From assembly GCA_041662785.1 (NCBI GenBank), contig JBAZRW010000003.1, positions 142,531 through 206,530 on the forward strand: 64,000 nucleotides of DNA. The letters are read 5' to 3'. The notes beneath the pieces were generated by a model. That model was given only the letters and a program-made list of their open reading frames with translations, was not told the origin of the DNA and did no database searches. Of this stretch, positions 24,392 to 33,599 are shown in pieces. How positions within the stretch are numbered: position 1 is the stretch's first letter; every line of letters begins with the position of its first letter. This stretch comes from Bdellovibrionales bacterium (lineage in GTDB: Bacteria > Pseudomonadota > Alphaproteobacteria > UBA9219). The translations under genes and the position numbers were made by a program.

Positions 24392-25252
24392 GTGAAAACT
24401 GTTGGTCTGTTCGTTGCCGCCATTCTAATCGCGTTATCGTCCGTTTGGCTTCACGATAAAAATGTGCACACTGTCAATGCAACGCAAGAGACAGCCTATG
24501 ATCGCGTGTTGCACACCAAGACTTTGCGGTGTGGATACGCTGATTGGCCTCCTCATGGACTTGTAAAAGATCCGAATACGGGAAAAATTTCCGGCGTCAT
24601 GTACGATATCCTTGAAGAGATTGGACGTCGTTTGAGTCTTAAGATTGACTGGAGCGAGAATACGGGGTGGAGCAATATTGTAAGCAGTCTTCAATCAAAG
24701 CGCATTGACGTTTTCTGCGCTGGTTTGTGGGTGAATGCCGAGCGTGGTCGTTCCTTGACATATTCTATGCCACTTTTTTTCAACGCATCGTTCCCCTTTG
24801 TCAGAATCGATGATCATCGGTTTGATAAGGACATCAAACGTGCCGATTCATCGGACATTCGTTTTTCTTCCATAGAGGGTGAGTTATCGGATGCCACAGC
24901 ACGCCTTCATTTCCCGAAAGCGCAGAAAATACCGGTGAGCCAGATGTTGCAGGCTTCCGAAGCCCTGAACAACATTGCAGTTAACAAAGCGGATATTATT
25001 ATTCTGGATTACAGCATGGGGAAAGGGTTCATAGATTCTAACCCTTCTACCTTGCGTAAATTAGGGGACAAACCTTTTCAGGTTTTCCAGAACTCCCTTG
25101 GCTTTGATATTCATGAAAACACGCTGCGCGATATGATTAACAATGCCCTTAATGAGATGCACAATCAGGGGGTTATTGCCAATATTGTTGCGAAACACAG
25201 TAACGATCCCAGTGAGTTTATTCCAGTCGCTCCGTCTTATTTGCAGCCGTAG
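24392..25252 (+). CDS. solute-binding protein family 3, orphan paralogue inserted between nusG and rplK
   Basis: 286 aa, GTG start with AAGGAG RBS, signal peptide. About 40% identical to the 6036-6893 product (shared CGY...DPNTGK.SG..YDI.E.IG......I.W.E..G......L.....DVFC.GLW). Confidence 0.7.
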   Translation: MKTVGLFVAAILIALSSVWLHDKNVHTVNATQETAYDRVLHTKTLRCGYADWPPHGLVKDPNTGKISGVMYDILEEIGRRLSLKIDWSENTGWSNIVSSLQSKRIDVFCAGLWVNAERGRSLTYSMPLFFNASFPFVRIDDHRFDKDIKRADSSDIRFSSIEGELSDATARLHFPKAQKIPVSQMLQASEALNNIAVNKADIIILDYSMGKGFIDSNPSTLRKLGDKPFQVFQNSLGFDIHENTLRDMINNALNEMHNQGVIANIVAKHSNDPSEFIPVAPSYLQP

Positions 25253-25441
25253 CTATAGTTTTTGTAATGGTCTTATTGGCCAGAAAAACACGTTGCTTTC
25301 CCTTCTGTTAACCTCTATAAAACCGCTTAAGCAAAAGGTGTGGGAGGTTCTCCCCGAAAAGTTCCCTTGGGGAGCCGGACCACGCCGCCGCTGTTTTTTG
25401 AAGGTGATTATCGACGGTTTTGGCCTGCTTTATCCTATAGC

Positions 25442-25523
25442 CGTCACTCCCGCGTAAGCGGGAGTCCCGTTTGTTTTAACAAGTAAACGGGATCCCCGCT
25501 TTCGCGGGGATGACGAAAATGGA
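25442..25523. repeat. family A arm-pair in outward (rearranged) orientation
   Basis: CGTCACTCCCGCGTAAGCGGGAGTCCCGTTTGTTTT-aacaagt-AAACGGGATCCCCGCTTTCGCGGGGATGACG. Confidence 0.6.
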
Positions 25524-25696
25524 AAAGATTGGAAACAATCGATAAGATTCTTCAAGAAGTTGTGGTTTAAGGGGGATGAAAATCCTTCGAATACAATGGT
25601 TGTCATGGATGGCTTTTGGCTTTGGCCAAAGGTTGTTTATGGCGTTGTGAAACGTTGGCGTTTAGTCGGTTCTTGTGTGCCCGTCTATACTTTAGC

Positions 25697-25850
25697 GTCA
25701 TTCCGGCGAAAGCCGGAATCCAGAACTTTTATGCCGCGCAGACGCGCGGCGCTGGATCCCGCTTTCCCGTCTACGCTGCTCCGCAGCTTCGCCGGGCTAA
25801 GCTTCAGCCCTGCGAAGCTCGTCAGAGCGAAGCAGGGTCAGCGGGATGAC
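25697..25850. repeat. MITE-like repeat, family B copy with internal insert
   Basis: GTCATTCCGGCGAAAGCCGGAATCCAG ... GCTGGATCCCGCTTTCCCGTCTACGCTGC ... CAGCGGGATGACG. Confidence 0.6.
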
Positions 25851-25932
25851 GTGATGGAATAAGGGCGCGTCCGATCTAACTAAACTCCAGAATCAAACAT
25901 CCAACCGATAGGGGTTGGAAGGAGAGAGCAAA

Positions 25933-26364
25933 ATGGCAAAGGAAATTGTCGGCTATATCAAGCTGCAAGTACCGGCTGGATCGGCGACACCGTCTCCGCC
26001 AATTGGCCCCGCTTTGGGTCAACGCGGCCTAAACATCATGGACTTCTGCAAGCAGTTCAACGCCAAGACGCAAGGCATGGAAAAGGGTATGCCCATTCCT
26101 GTCGTGATCTCAGCCTTTTCGGATCGCACGTTTACGTTCGTGACGAAGAAGCCCCCCAATACCTATTGGATCAAGAAGGCGATCAAGCTTGAGCATGGTT
26201 CCAAGACTCCGGGTACAGCGATGGTTGGCAAGATCACGATGACGCAAATTCGTGAAATTGCAAAAGAGAAAATCGTTGATATGAACGCGAACGATATCGA
26301 AGCGGCGGCCAAAATGCTCGTCGGTTCGGCTCGTTCGATGGGCCTTTTGGTAGTGGAGGAATAA
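25933..26364 (+). CDS. rplK: 50S ribosomal protein L11
   Basis: [43 protein letters not shown]. Start trimmed to the ATG after GGAGAG. Confidence 0.95.
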   Translation: MAKEIVGYIKLQVPAGSATPSPPIGPALGQRGLNIMDFCKQFNAKTQGMEKGMPIPVVISAFSDRTFTFVTKKPPNTYWIKKAIKLEHGSKTPGTAMVGKITMTQIREIAKEKIVDMNANDIEAAAKMLVGSARSMGLLVVEE

Positions 26365-26367
26365 GCC

Positions 26368-27078
26368 ATGAAACAAGGAAAAAAACTCCGCAAGGTTCTC
26401 CCCGCTGTTGATCGCAAGAAGCTGTATGCTCTTGAAGATGGCGTGAAGCTTGTCAAGAAGAACGCGGGCGATCTATCGCGCAAGTTCACCGAGACTCTGG
26501 ACATTGCCATCAATCTTGGTATCGACACAAAGCAATCGGATCAGTCTGTGCGTGGCATGGTGCAATTGCCTCATGGTACGGGCAAAAGCGTCCGCGTGGC
26601 CGTGTTCGCCAAGGGCGAAAAAGCGGATGCCGCTTTGGCCGCTGGCGCGGATGTTGTCGGCGCTGACGATTTGGCTGAAAAGATTATGGGCGGTTTTTCT
26701 GCCTTTGATCGCGTCATTGCGACCCCTGACATGATGGGCGTTGTTGGCAAGTTGGGTAAGGTTCTGGGGCCTCGTGGCCTTATGCCTAACCCGAAGCTTG
26801 GCACTGTGACCCCGAACGTCGTGGAAGCGATCAAGTCGGCCAAGGCTGGCTCGATTGAGTTCCGCGCCGAAAAGGGCGGTATCATTCATGCTGGCATCGG
26901 CAAGATCAGCTTTACCGAAGAGCAGTTGATCGAGAATGCTCGCGCCTTTATCAGCGCGATCGCCAAGGCTCGTCCCGCTGGCGTGAAGGGCACTTACATC
27001 AACCGCGTGGCGTTGTCCTCAACCATGGGCCCCGGCCTGAAGGTTGATCTTTCGACAATGCTTGGCGAACAGGCCTAA
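26368..27078 (+). CDS. rplA: 50S ribosomal protein L1
   Basis: 236 aa; conserved L1 sequence; start 3 nt after the rplK stop. Confidence 0.95.
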   Translation: MKQGKKLRKVLPAVDRKKLYALEDGVKLVKKNAGDLSRKFTETLDIAINLGIDTKQSDQSVRGMVQLPHGTGKSVRVAVFAKGEKADAALAAGADVVGADDLAEKIMGGFSAFDRVIATPDMMGVVGKLGKVLGPRGLMPNPKLGTVTPNVVEAIKSAKAGSIEFRAEKGGIIHAGIGKISFTEEQLIENARAFISAIAKARPAGVKGTYINRVALSSTMGPGLKVDLSTMLGEQA

Positions 27079-27103
27079 CGCTTGATCGTTTAAAGACTAA
27101 AAA

Positions 27104-27138
27104 AGCCCCGCTTATTGCAAGGTCAGCGGGGTTTTTGT
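27104..27138 (+). terminator. rho-independent terminator after rplA
   Basis: CCCCGCT-tattgcaaggtc-AGCGGGG followed by TTTTTG. Confidence 0.7.
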
Positions 27139-27235
27139 TGCCACTTTTTTCATCATTATTGGCGCTGTAAATGGCTCTAAAATTGGGGTTCGGGATTTGT
27201 TTATTATCAAGGCGTTAGAAAAAAAACATCGATTT

Positions 27236-27530
27236 ACAGCCCTAAGAGCGTGGGATAGTGCCACTCAGTCGCCTTCCGCTCAAAGTTAATGCGGTAAGCC
27301 TTTGAAATATAATAAAACTGACTCGATTTTTTGGCATGGCTAACCAATTGATTTTACATGGTTTTATGAACTTCGTCCGATTTTGGATCGCCAAAAGCAA
27401 AAAAAACGCAGGATTGGGGGCGACTCTTTTCGTCATCCCGCACCCCTCTACGCCCTTTGGGCTTCGCGGGGCAGGCGAAGCCTTGCGCGAAGGCGGGACG
27501 ATGATGCGGGACCTAGGGGACTGGGCGACG
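27236..27530. repeat. ~300-bp repeat, family C copy 1
   Basis: Shares about 230 nt of interrupted similarity with 52133-52440 (AGCGTGGrATAGTGCCACTCAGT..CCTTCCGCTCAAAGTTAA ... GCTAACCAATTGATT ... CCGATTTTGGATyGCCAAAAGCAAAAAA ... CGTCATCCCsgaCCCCTCTrCGCCCTTyGGGCTTCGCGGGGCAGGCrAAGC). Confidence 0.7.
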
Positions 27531-27638
27531 AATGAATGATAGAGAGGGCGGAGAGAGCGGCTTGATCCCAGATCAACTTTCTTTCGTCTCACAACGGTGA
27601 GCCGAAAAGAAAGTTTTCTGGGATGGCGGCAGGTGGCC

Positions 27639-28385
27639 TTACACCATAATCATGCCGCCGTTGATATGTATCGTTTGGCCCGTGATATAACGTGCTTCCT
27701 CGCTGGCCAAAAAGACGATGCTGGCCGCGACATCTTTCGGCTCACCCAGATAACCCAACGGAATGTTGGCGAGCATTTTGTTCTTTTGCTCGTCATTCAG
27801 CTTGTCGGTCATGGCCGTGACGATAAAGCCCGGTGCGACGCAGTTGACGGTGACGCCGCGTGGCGCCATTTCCTGCGCCAGCGATTTGCTCATAGCGATC
27901 AGGCCGCCTTTGGACGCCGCATAGTTGGCTTGACCTGCGTTGCCCATCACGCCGACGACGGACGCCATGTTGATGATGCGGCCCCAGCGGCGTGTCATCA
28001 TGCCTTTCAGCGCGGCACGCGAGAGGCGAAACGCAGAGGACAAGTTCACGTTCATCACAAGATCCCAGTCTTCATCCTTCATGCGCATGGCAAGGCCATC
28101 GCGCGTCAGGCCAGCGTTGTTGATCAGAATATCCACGCCGCCGCCCAATTTCTCCTCGGCTTCCTTGATAAGGGTCGGGGGAACGGCGGGATCGGTCAGG
28201 TTGCCAACAATAGTCACCGCATGCGCCGCGCCGCCAAGTTCGGCTTGCAGCGCTTCGATGCCTTCGGGGCGAATGTCGGTCAGGGCAACGCGTGCGCCTT
28301 GCGCCACCAGCATCTTGGCGATAACCGTGCCTAGGCCGCCTGCCGCGCCCGTAACCAGAGCGTTCTTTCCATTCAGTGACAACAT
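27639..28385 (-). CDS. fabG: 3-oxoacyl-[ACP] reductase
   Basis: 248-aa SDR: TGAAGGLG cofactor motif, NAG, S...YAASK catalytic triad; adjacent to fabD. Confidence 0.9.
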   Translation of the reverse strand: MLSLNGKNALVTGAAGGLGTVIAKMLVAQGARVALTDIRPEGIEALQAELGGAAHAVTIVGNLTDPAVPPTLIKEAEEKLGGGVDILINNAGLTRDGLAMRMKDEDWDLVMNVNLSSAFRLSRAALKGMMTRRWGRIINMASVVGVMGNAGQANYAASKGGLIAMSKSLAQEMAPRGVTVNCVAPGFIVTAMTDKLNDEQKNKMLANIPLGYLGEPKDVAASIVFLASEEARYITGQTIHINGGMIMV

Positions 28386-28408
28386 GGTCTTTCCTTTCGT
28401 GTTTTTCT

Positions 28409-29353
28409 TTATAAGGATTGTTTGAGGTAAGCGTCGATATCTTCGGGAGTTTGCAAAGATACCGCCGTAATTTCTTTATCGATGCGTTTGGTCAGGCCCG
28501 CCAAAACAGCGCCAGAGCCGCATTCGACCAGCTGATCGACGCCATGCGCCTTCATAAACAAAACGGACTCGCGCCAACGGACAGAGCCAGTGATTTGCTG
28601 CACCAACAGATCGCGGATAACATCGGGGTCGCTTGTTGCCAACGCCGTGACGTTTGAGACGACAGGCACGCAAGGTGGCATCAGATGAACTTGTGCCAAG
28701 GCCTCCCTCATGACATCGGCGGCGGGCTGCATAAGGGGGCAATGAAACGGCGCGCTGACGGGCAGCTTGATGCAGCGTTTCAGGCCCTTTTCAGCGGCCA
28801 GCGCGATGGCGCGATCAATCGCGTGGTTGTTGCCGCTAATGACGACTTGGCCATCCGCGTTATCGTTGGCGGCCACGCAAATGTCGCCTTGTGATGCAGC
28901 AGCGGCAATCTCTTTGGCGAGATCGACATTCGCGCCCAGCAAAGCCGCCATGCCGCCGATCCCCGCAGGGACGGCCTTTTGCATAGCGCGGCCACGCTTG
29001 CGTAAGAGGGTCGCGGTGTTCGCCAGCGTCAGGCTTTCCGCCGCGCAAAGCGCCGCATATTCGCCAAGGCTATGCCCCGCTACAAAGGCGGCCATTTCGG
29101 GCAGTTTCAGTCCACTTTGCGACATTAAAACGCGCAAAACGGCGATGCTTACGGCCATCAAGGCGGGCTGCGTGTTTTCTGTCATTTTCAGCTCATCTTC
29201 CGAGCCGTCAAACATAAGGGTCGAGAGTTTCTGTTCCAAAACCTCATCAACCTCTTGAAAAACCATGCGAGCCTCAGGGAAGGCCTCAAAAAGAGCCTTG
29301 CCCATGCCGATCTTTTGGCTTCCCTGTCCGGGAAATACGAATGCTTTTGTCAT
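28409..29353 (-). CDS. fabD: malonyl-CoA:ACP transacylase
   Basis: FPGQGSQ and GHSLGEYAAL active-site motifs. Confidence 0.9.
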   Translation of the reverse strand: MTKAFVFPGQGSQKIGMGKALFEAFPEARMVFQEVDEVLEQKLSTLMFDGSEDELKMTENTQPALMAVSIAVLRVLMSQSGLKLPEMAAFVAGHSLGEYAALCAAESLTLANTATLLRKRGRAMQKAVPAGIGGMAALLGANVDLAKEIAAAASQGDICVAANDNADGQVVISGNNHAIDRAIALAAEKGLKRCIKLPVSAPFHCPLMQPAADVMREALAQVHLMPPCVPVVSNVTALATSDPDVIRDLLVQQITGSVRWRESVLFMKAHGVDQLVECGSGAVLAGLTKRIDKEITAVSLQTPEDIDAYLKQSL

Positions 29354-29465
29354 TTTTTCTCCTTAGAGCCCGAAACTGCCACGCTTGAAGCCGCTTGTCA
29401 AAGCCCCTCCAAGCCGCTTTAATGCGGCAAGTTAAAGCGGTTAACCAACTTTTTGTGGGCGTTTT

Positions 29466-30449
29466 ATGATTTTGATTACTGGCGGAGCGGGCTTTATCGG
29501 CTCTTACTTGGCGGCAGCGCTTGAGGCGCGGGGCGAGCGTGTGGTGATTTGTGACTGGCTTGGCACGGATGACAAGTGGCGCAACATTGCTAAGCGCGAC
29601 CTTGATAATCTGATCGCGCCCGAAAAGTTGTGCGATTATCTGAACGATCACAGTGGCGATATCGAGGCGATCTATCACATGGGCGCGATCTCGGCCACGA
29701 CCGAGGCTGACGCCGATTTGATTGCTGAGAGCAACTTTCGCCTGACCCGCACCTTATGGCTGTGGTGTCGCGATAATGGCTCGCGGCTTATTTACGCGTC
29801 ATCGGCGGCGACGTATGGCGATGGCAAGGCTGGCTTTGACGATGTCGAGAGCATCGAGGGGCTTAAGGCCTATCAGCCGCTTAATGCCTATGGCTGGAGC
29901 AAGCACCTAACTGACCGCTGGATTGCGCAGCAGAAAAAGAAGGGCGACCGTGGTCCCGCGCAGTGCGTCGGCCTGAAGTTTTTTAACGTCTATGGCCCCA
30001 ACGAGTACCATAAGGGTGGGATGCGCTCGGTCGCGCACCAGATTTTCCCATTTGCCAAACGTGGCGAGGCCTTTTCGCTCTTCAAGTCGCACCATCCCGA
30101 TTACAAGGACGGTGGGCAGCTGCGTGATTTCGTGTGGGTCGGCGATTGCGCCAACGTCATGCTGTGGCTTTTGGATCATCCTGCCGTCAACGGCTTGTTC
30201 AATATGGGGTCGGGGAAGGCTCGCAGCTTTGCAGATATGGCGGCGGCGGTTTATGTCGCTGCGGGCGCGACGCCCCAGATCACCTACCGCGATATGCCAG
30301 AGGTTTTGCGTGACAAATACCAGTACTTTACGCAAGCCAACATGGATAAGCTTCGCGCCGCAGGGTATGATGCGCCCATGACTCCGCTAGAGGAAGGTAT
30401 TCGCCTTTACGTCCAAAACCATTTGGAAAAAGAAGATCCGTATGTTTAG
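29466..30449 (+). CDS. hldD: ADP-L-glycero-D-manno-heptose 6-epimerase
   Basis: ILITGGAGFIGS Rossmann motif, YASSAATYG and extended-SDR YxxxK layout resembling HldD/RfaD; adjacent hldE. Confidence 0.8.
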   Translation: MILITGGAGFIGSYLAAALEARGERVVICDWLGTDDKWRNIAKRDLDNLIAPEKLCDYLNDHSGDIEAIYHMGAISATTEADADLIAESNFRLTRTLWLWCRDNGSRLIYASSAATYGDGKAGFDDVESIEGLKAYQPLNAYGWSKHLTDRWIAQQKKKGDRGPAQCVGLKFFNVYGPNEYHKGGMRSVAHQIFPFAKRGEAFSLFKSHHPDYKDGGQLRDFVWVGDCANVMLWLLDHPAVNGLFNMGSGKARSFADMAAAVYVAAGATPQITYRDMPEVLRDKYQYFTQANMDKLRAAGYDAPMTPLEEGIRLYVQNHLEKEDPYV

Positions 30450-30465
30450 CTTTAGGTTAAACGAA

Positions 30466-30585
30466 TAGAGAAAAAAGAAAATGGATGCCAGCCTTCGCTG
30501 GCATGACAAGGGGTAGGAGGTAAAGTTAATCCTAATCCGTCATCCCCGCGCAGGCGGGGATCCCATTTTTTAATTTTTCCACTGC
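30466..30585. repeat. MITE-like repeat, family A variant copy
   Basis: AGAAAATGGATGCCAGCCTTCGCTGGCATGACAA - core ggggtaggaggtaaagttaatcc - GTCATCCCCGCGCAGGCGGGGATCCCATTTTTTAATTTTT. Confidence 0.6.
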
Positions 30586-30604
30586 AATAGGGGAGGAGAT
30601 ATCT

Positions 30605-30781
30605 ATGCCAAATGAAGGAAACAAGACCAGCGCATCAAAATCACCTACAGGAAGTACATTCACGATTGATCTTGATACGATCCCCAATGGTCACCGCAAA
30701 CCTGTCGAGTGTTGTAAAAGAAGCCATCTAACGCGGCTGTGGCGGGAGAGATCAGCCTCCAGCCAACTTGTTTTTGATTAA
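30605..30781 (+). CDS. hypothetical small protein (58 aa), not in the ORF track
   Basis: ATG 7 nt after GGAGGAG; translation MPNEGNKTSASKSPTGSTFTIDLDTIPNGHRKPVECCKRSHLTRLWRERSASSQLVFD; ends 15 nt before hldE. Confidence 0.25.
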   Translation: MPNEGNKTSASKSPTGSTFTIDLDTIPNGHRKPVECCKRSHLTRLWRERSASSQLVFD

Positions 30782-30795
30782 GGAAAAACCATATC

Positions 30796-32253
30796 ATGTA
30801 TGCCCATCTTCATACGCAACTTGAAAAACTTATAGGTCACCGCGTTTTGTGCGTGGGTGACGTGATGCTGGATCGCTTTATCTATGGCGAGGTGGATCGT
30901 ATCTCGCCCGAAGCGCCCATTCCCGTCCTTCGCATTAAGCGCGAGCTTCTGGCCATGGGCGGCAGCGGCAACGTCGTGCGCAACCTTGCCACCATGGGGG
31001 GCAACGTCGATATGGTGGCCGTGATCGGGCATGATCAAGCGGGCCATGACCTTGCCGCGCAGATGGAGGCGATGAACAGGATTACGCCTCACTTGCTGAC
31101 CGATGCTTCGCGTCCCACGACGATCAAGACGCGCTATATCGCGGGCAGCCAGCAGCTGTTGCGTGCCGACAGAGAAGATGCCGCGCCGTTGTCCACCTTG
31201 ATGGAGGAGCAGCTTTTGGCGCGCGCGCAAAGCGTGATCGATGGATGCCAGATTGTGATCCTTTCGGACTACGCCAAGGGCGTCTTAACGAACCATGTGG
31301 TGCGCGAGATCATTACGCTGTGCCGTGAGCATGGTAAGCCAATTTTGATCGATCCCAAGGGGAGGGACTTTGGCCGCTATCACGGTGCGACGATGCTCAC
31401 TCCCAACCGTAAGGAACTCGCCGAGGCAACAGGTCTGCCCATTACGACGATTGATGAGGCCGAAGCCGCCGCGCGTAAGCTCATCATCGATTTTGATATT
31501 GGCGGCGTGCTGGCCAAACTGGGTGGCGACGGCGTTTGCCTTGTGATGAAGGATAAGCCCGCGCGTCATTTCCACACGGTCACCAAGGAAGTGTTCGATG
31601 TTTCCGGTGCGGGCGACACCGTGATTGCGACGATGGCGATGGCGATGGCGGGCGGGTTGTCTTTGGACGATTGCGCGGCTTTGGCCAACATCGCGGGATC
31701 GATTGTCGTAAGCAAAATTGGGACGGCGACGATCACGCTGGAGGAAATCGAAAAGGAAATTCTGCGCGATCAATCGCGCATGGGCGAAGACAAAATCATG
31801 ACGTCCGCCGAGGCGGCGGATAGAGCCGAGCGTTGGCGCGGGCAGGGGCTAAAGGTCGGTTTCACAAACGGTGTATTTGATTTGCTGCATCCCGGGCATT
31901 TGTCGTCGATCAACCAGTCCCGCGCTGCGTGCGATAAACTGATCATTGCGCTTAACAGCGATGCGTCGGTAAAAAGGCTGAAGGGTGAGGCGCGGCCTGT
32001 GCAGAACGAAAACGCCCGCGCTGCTGTTTTGGCAGCGCTAGAGGCCGTGGCGGGCGTAGTGATTTTCAGCGAGGACACGCCGCTGGACCTTATCAAAACC
32101 ATCCGCCCCGATACGCTGGTGAAGGGATCGGATTACACCATCGATCAAGTCGTCGGCGCGAAGGAAATGGAAAGCTGGGGTGGCCAAGTCATCTTGGCCG
32201 ACCTTGTGCAGGGCCACAGCACCACGGCGCTTATCGAGAAGCTGACACGATAA
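30796..32253 (+). CDS. hldE: bifunctional D-beta-D-heptose 7-phosphate kinase / D-beta-D-heptose 1-phosphate adenylyltransferase
   Basis: N-terminal ribokinase-like domain (VLCVGDVMLDRFIYG, GAGDT) plus C-terminal cytidylyltransferase domain (GFTNGVFDLLHPGHL). Confidence 0.85.
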   Translation: MYAHLHTQLEKLIGHRVLCVGDVMLDRFIYGEVDRISPEAPIPVLRIKRELLAMGGSGNVVRNLATMGGNVDMVAVIGHDQAGHDLAAQMEAMNRITPHLLTDASRPTTIKTRYIAGSQQLLRADREDAAPLSTLMEEQLLARAQSVIDGCQIVILSDYAKGVLTNHVVREIITLCREHGKPILIDPKGRDFGRYHGATMLTPNRKELAEATGLPITTIDEAEAAARKLIIDFDIGGVLAKLGGDGVCLVMKDKPARHFHTVTKEVFDVSGAGDTVIATMAMAMAGGLSLDDCAALANIAGSIVVSKIGTATITLEEIEKEILRDQSRMGEDKIMTSAEAADRAERWRGQGLKVGFTNGVFDLLHPGHLSSINQSRAACDKLIIALNSDASVKRLKGEARPVQNENARAAVLAALEAVAGVVIFSEDTPLDLIKTIRPDTLVKGSDYTIDQVVGAKEMESWGGQVILADLVQGHSTTALIEKLTR

Positions 32254-32263
32254 GGGGAGGACT

Positions 32264-32884
32264 CTAACGTCTCTCTAGCTTTGTCAGATCGGCGGCGGCT
32301 TGTTTCAAGCCTTGGGCGAGGTCTTCCTTTTCTTGGAAGGTGTACGCGCCGTAATTAATTTGCGGCTTCAGGTTTGGCCCCCAAAGGTTCGCCAGTGTAT
32401 CGTAAAGGACGGACGCGATATGCTCGCCCTTTTTCCAAGCCGAGGTGTTATCGCAACGCGGTAGCAAAATCCCGAACTCGTCGGGTGCAAGGCGGCCTAG
32501 AATATCGCTGCGGCGGATCAACCCCGCCAGCGTATCGCCAAGGCAACGCAGCGCGGAGTCCACCAGCGGCATGCCGTGGCGGATACGGATATTTTCCAGA
32601 TTCTCGATGTTGATATAAAGAACGCTGGAGACGCCGCCATAACGCTCATCAAAGGCCAGCATGCGGGCAACCTCGCGGTTAAACTCAGGCCGGTTAAGAA
32701 GCTGATGAGCGGCGCTATCCGCTTCTGGCTGGCGCTCAAGGGTCTTTAGGCGCGTTTCCAACTCTTGGATACGCACGCGCGCAAGCACAAGCTCAGCACA
32801 CAGATCGCGCCAAACCGTCCTTTGCGCGTCGGTCAGGGGCGCATCGGCCAGAAAATCGGTTAAAAGGTCAAGCGGTGCGCTCAA
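32264..32884 (-). CDS. GGDEF-domain protein with degenerate active site (A-P-D-E-F) and N-terminal coiled coil
   Basis: Core GGDEF-like pattern YGGVSSVLYINIENLENI..HG...D..L...LGRLAPDEFGILLP; the GG(D/E)EF motif is replaced by APDEF. Confidence 0.55.
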   Translation of the reverse strand: MSAPLDLLTDFLADAPLTDAQRTVWRDLCAELVLARVRIQELETRLKTLERQPEADSAAHQLLNRPEFNREVARMLAFDERYGGVSSVLYINIENLENIRIRHGMPLVDSALRCLGDTLAGLIRRSDILGRLAPDEFGILLPRCDNTSAWKKGEHIASVLYDTLANLWGPNLKPQINYGAYTFQEKEDLAQGLKQAAADLTKLERR

Positions 32885-32995
32885 AAGACGGTTTCTTTCA
32901 TAAAGGAAGTGATTCTAAACTTTCTCAACAAGACTCTAGGCTTTTTCTAAAAAAGTCATTAACTTGCTTTTTTTCCTTTCCAACAGGGGACTTTC

Positions 32996-33598
32996 ATGGC
33001 GCATTTGAGCAAGACAATGACAAAAAAGGTGACACCCAAGGCAAAAGCCGCTGCGCCGCAGCCTTTGGTCGGTATCATCATGGGCAGCCAATCCGATTGG
33101 GCGACGATGGAAAACGCGGCCAACGTGCTGGATAGCTTTGGCGTGACTTATGAAAGCGCGGTCGTTTCCGCCCATCGCACGCCTCGTCGTTTGTTTGAAT
33201 ACGCGACCAGCGCGGCCGAACGCGGCCTGAAGGTCATTATTGCGGGCGCAGGCGGCGCGGCGCATTTACCGGGTATGACGGCCTCGCTCACGCCGCTACC
33301 TGTTTTGGGAGTCCCCGTGATGAGCCGCTCCCTAGAGGGACTGGACAGCCTTCTGTCTATTGCGCAGATGCCTGCGGGCGTGCCCGTTGGTACGCTGGCC
33401 ATCGGCAACGCGGGCGCGATTAACGCCGCGCTTTTGGCTACGTCCATTCTGGCTTTGCAGGATAAGGCTTTGGCTAAAGCGTTTGCGCAGTGGCGCGACG
33501 TGCAAACGACCTCGGTCGCGATAGAGCCGGAAATGCCAGTCAAGAAGAAGGCCGCGAAGAAACCCGCCGCCAAGAAAATCGTGAAGAAAACGAAGTAA
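32996..33598 (+). CDS. purE: N5-carboxyaminoimidazole ribonucleotide mutase with Lys-rich N- and C-terminal tails
   Basis: PurE core ([19 protein letters not shown]). C-terminal tail [20 protein letters not shown]. purK follows 1 nt later. Confidence 0.85.
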   Translation: MAHLSKTMTKKVTPKAKAAAPQPLVGIIMGSQSDWATMENAANVLDSFGVTYESAVVSAHRTPRRLFEYATSAAERGLKVIIAGAGGAAHLPGMTASLTPLPVLGVPVMSRSLEGLDSLLSIAQMPAGVPVGTLAIGNAGAINAALLATSILALQDKALAKAFAQWRDVQTTSVAIEPEMPVKKKAAKKPAAKKIVKKTK

Positions 33599-33599
33599 G

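Noticed and set aside
27336-27539. Small ORFs inside repeat copies (27336-27539 +, 52229-52441 -, 34693-34887 -, 20430-20612 +)
   Set aside because: Similarity between copies is at DNA level with frame-breaking indels. The translated segments are low-complexity (PAKPEGRRG...) and derive from palindromic hairpins. They are treated as non-coding repeats.
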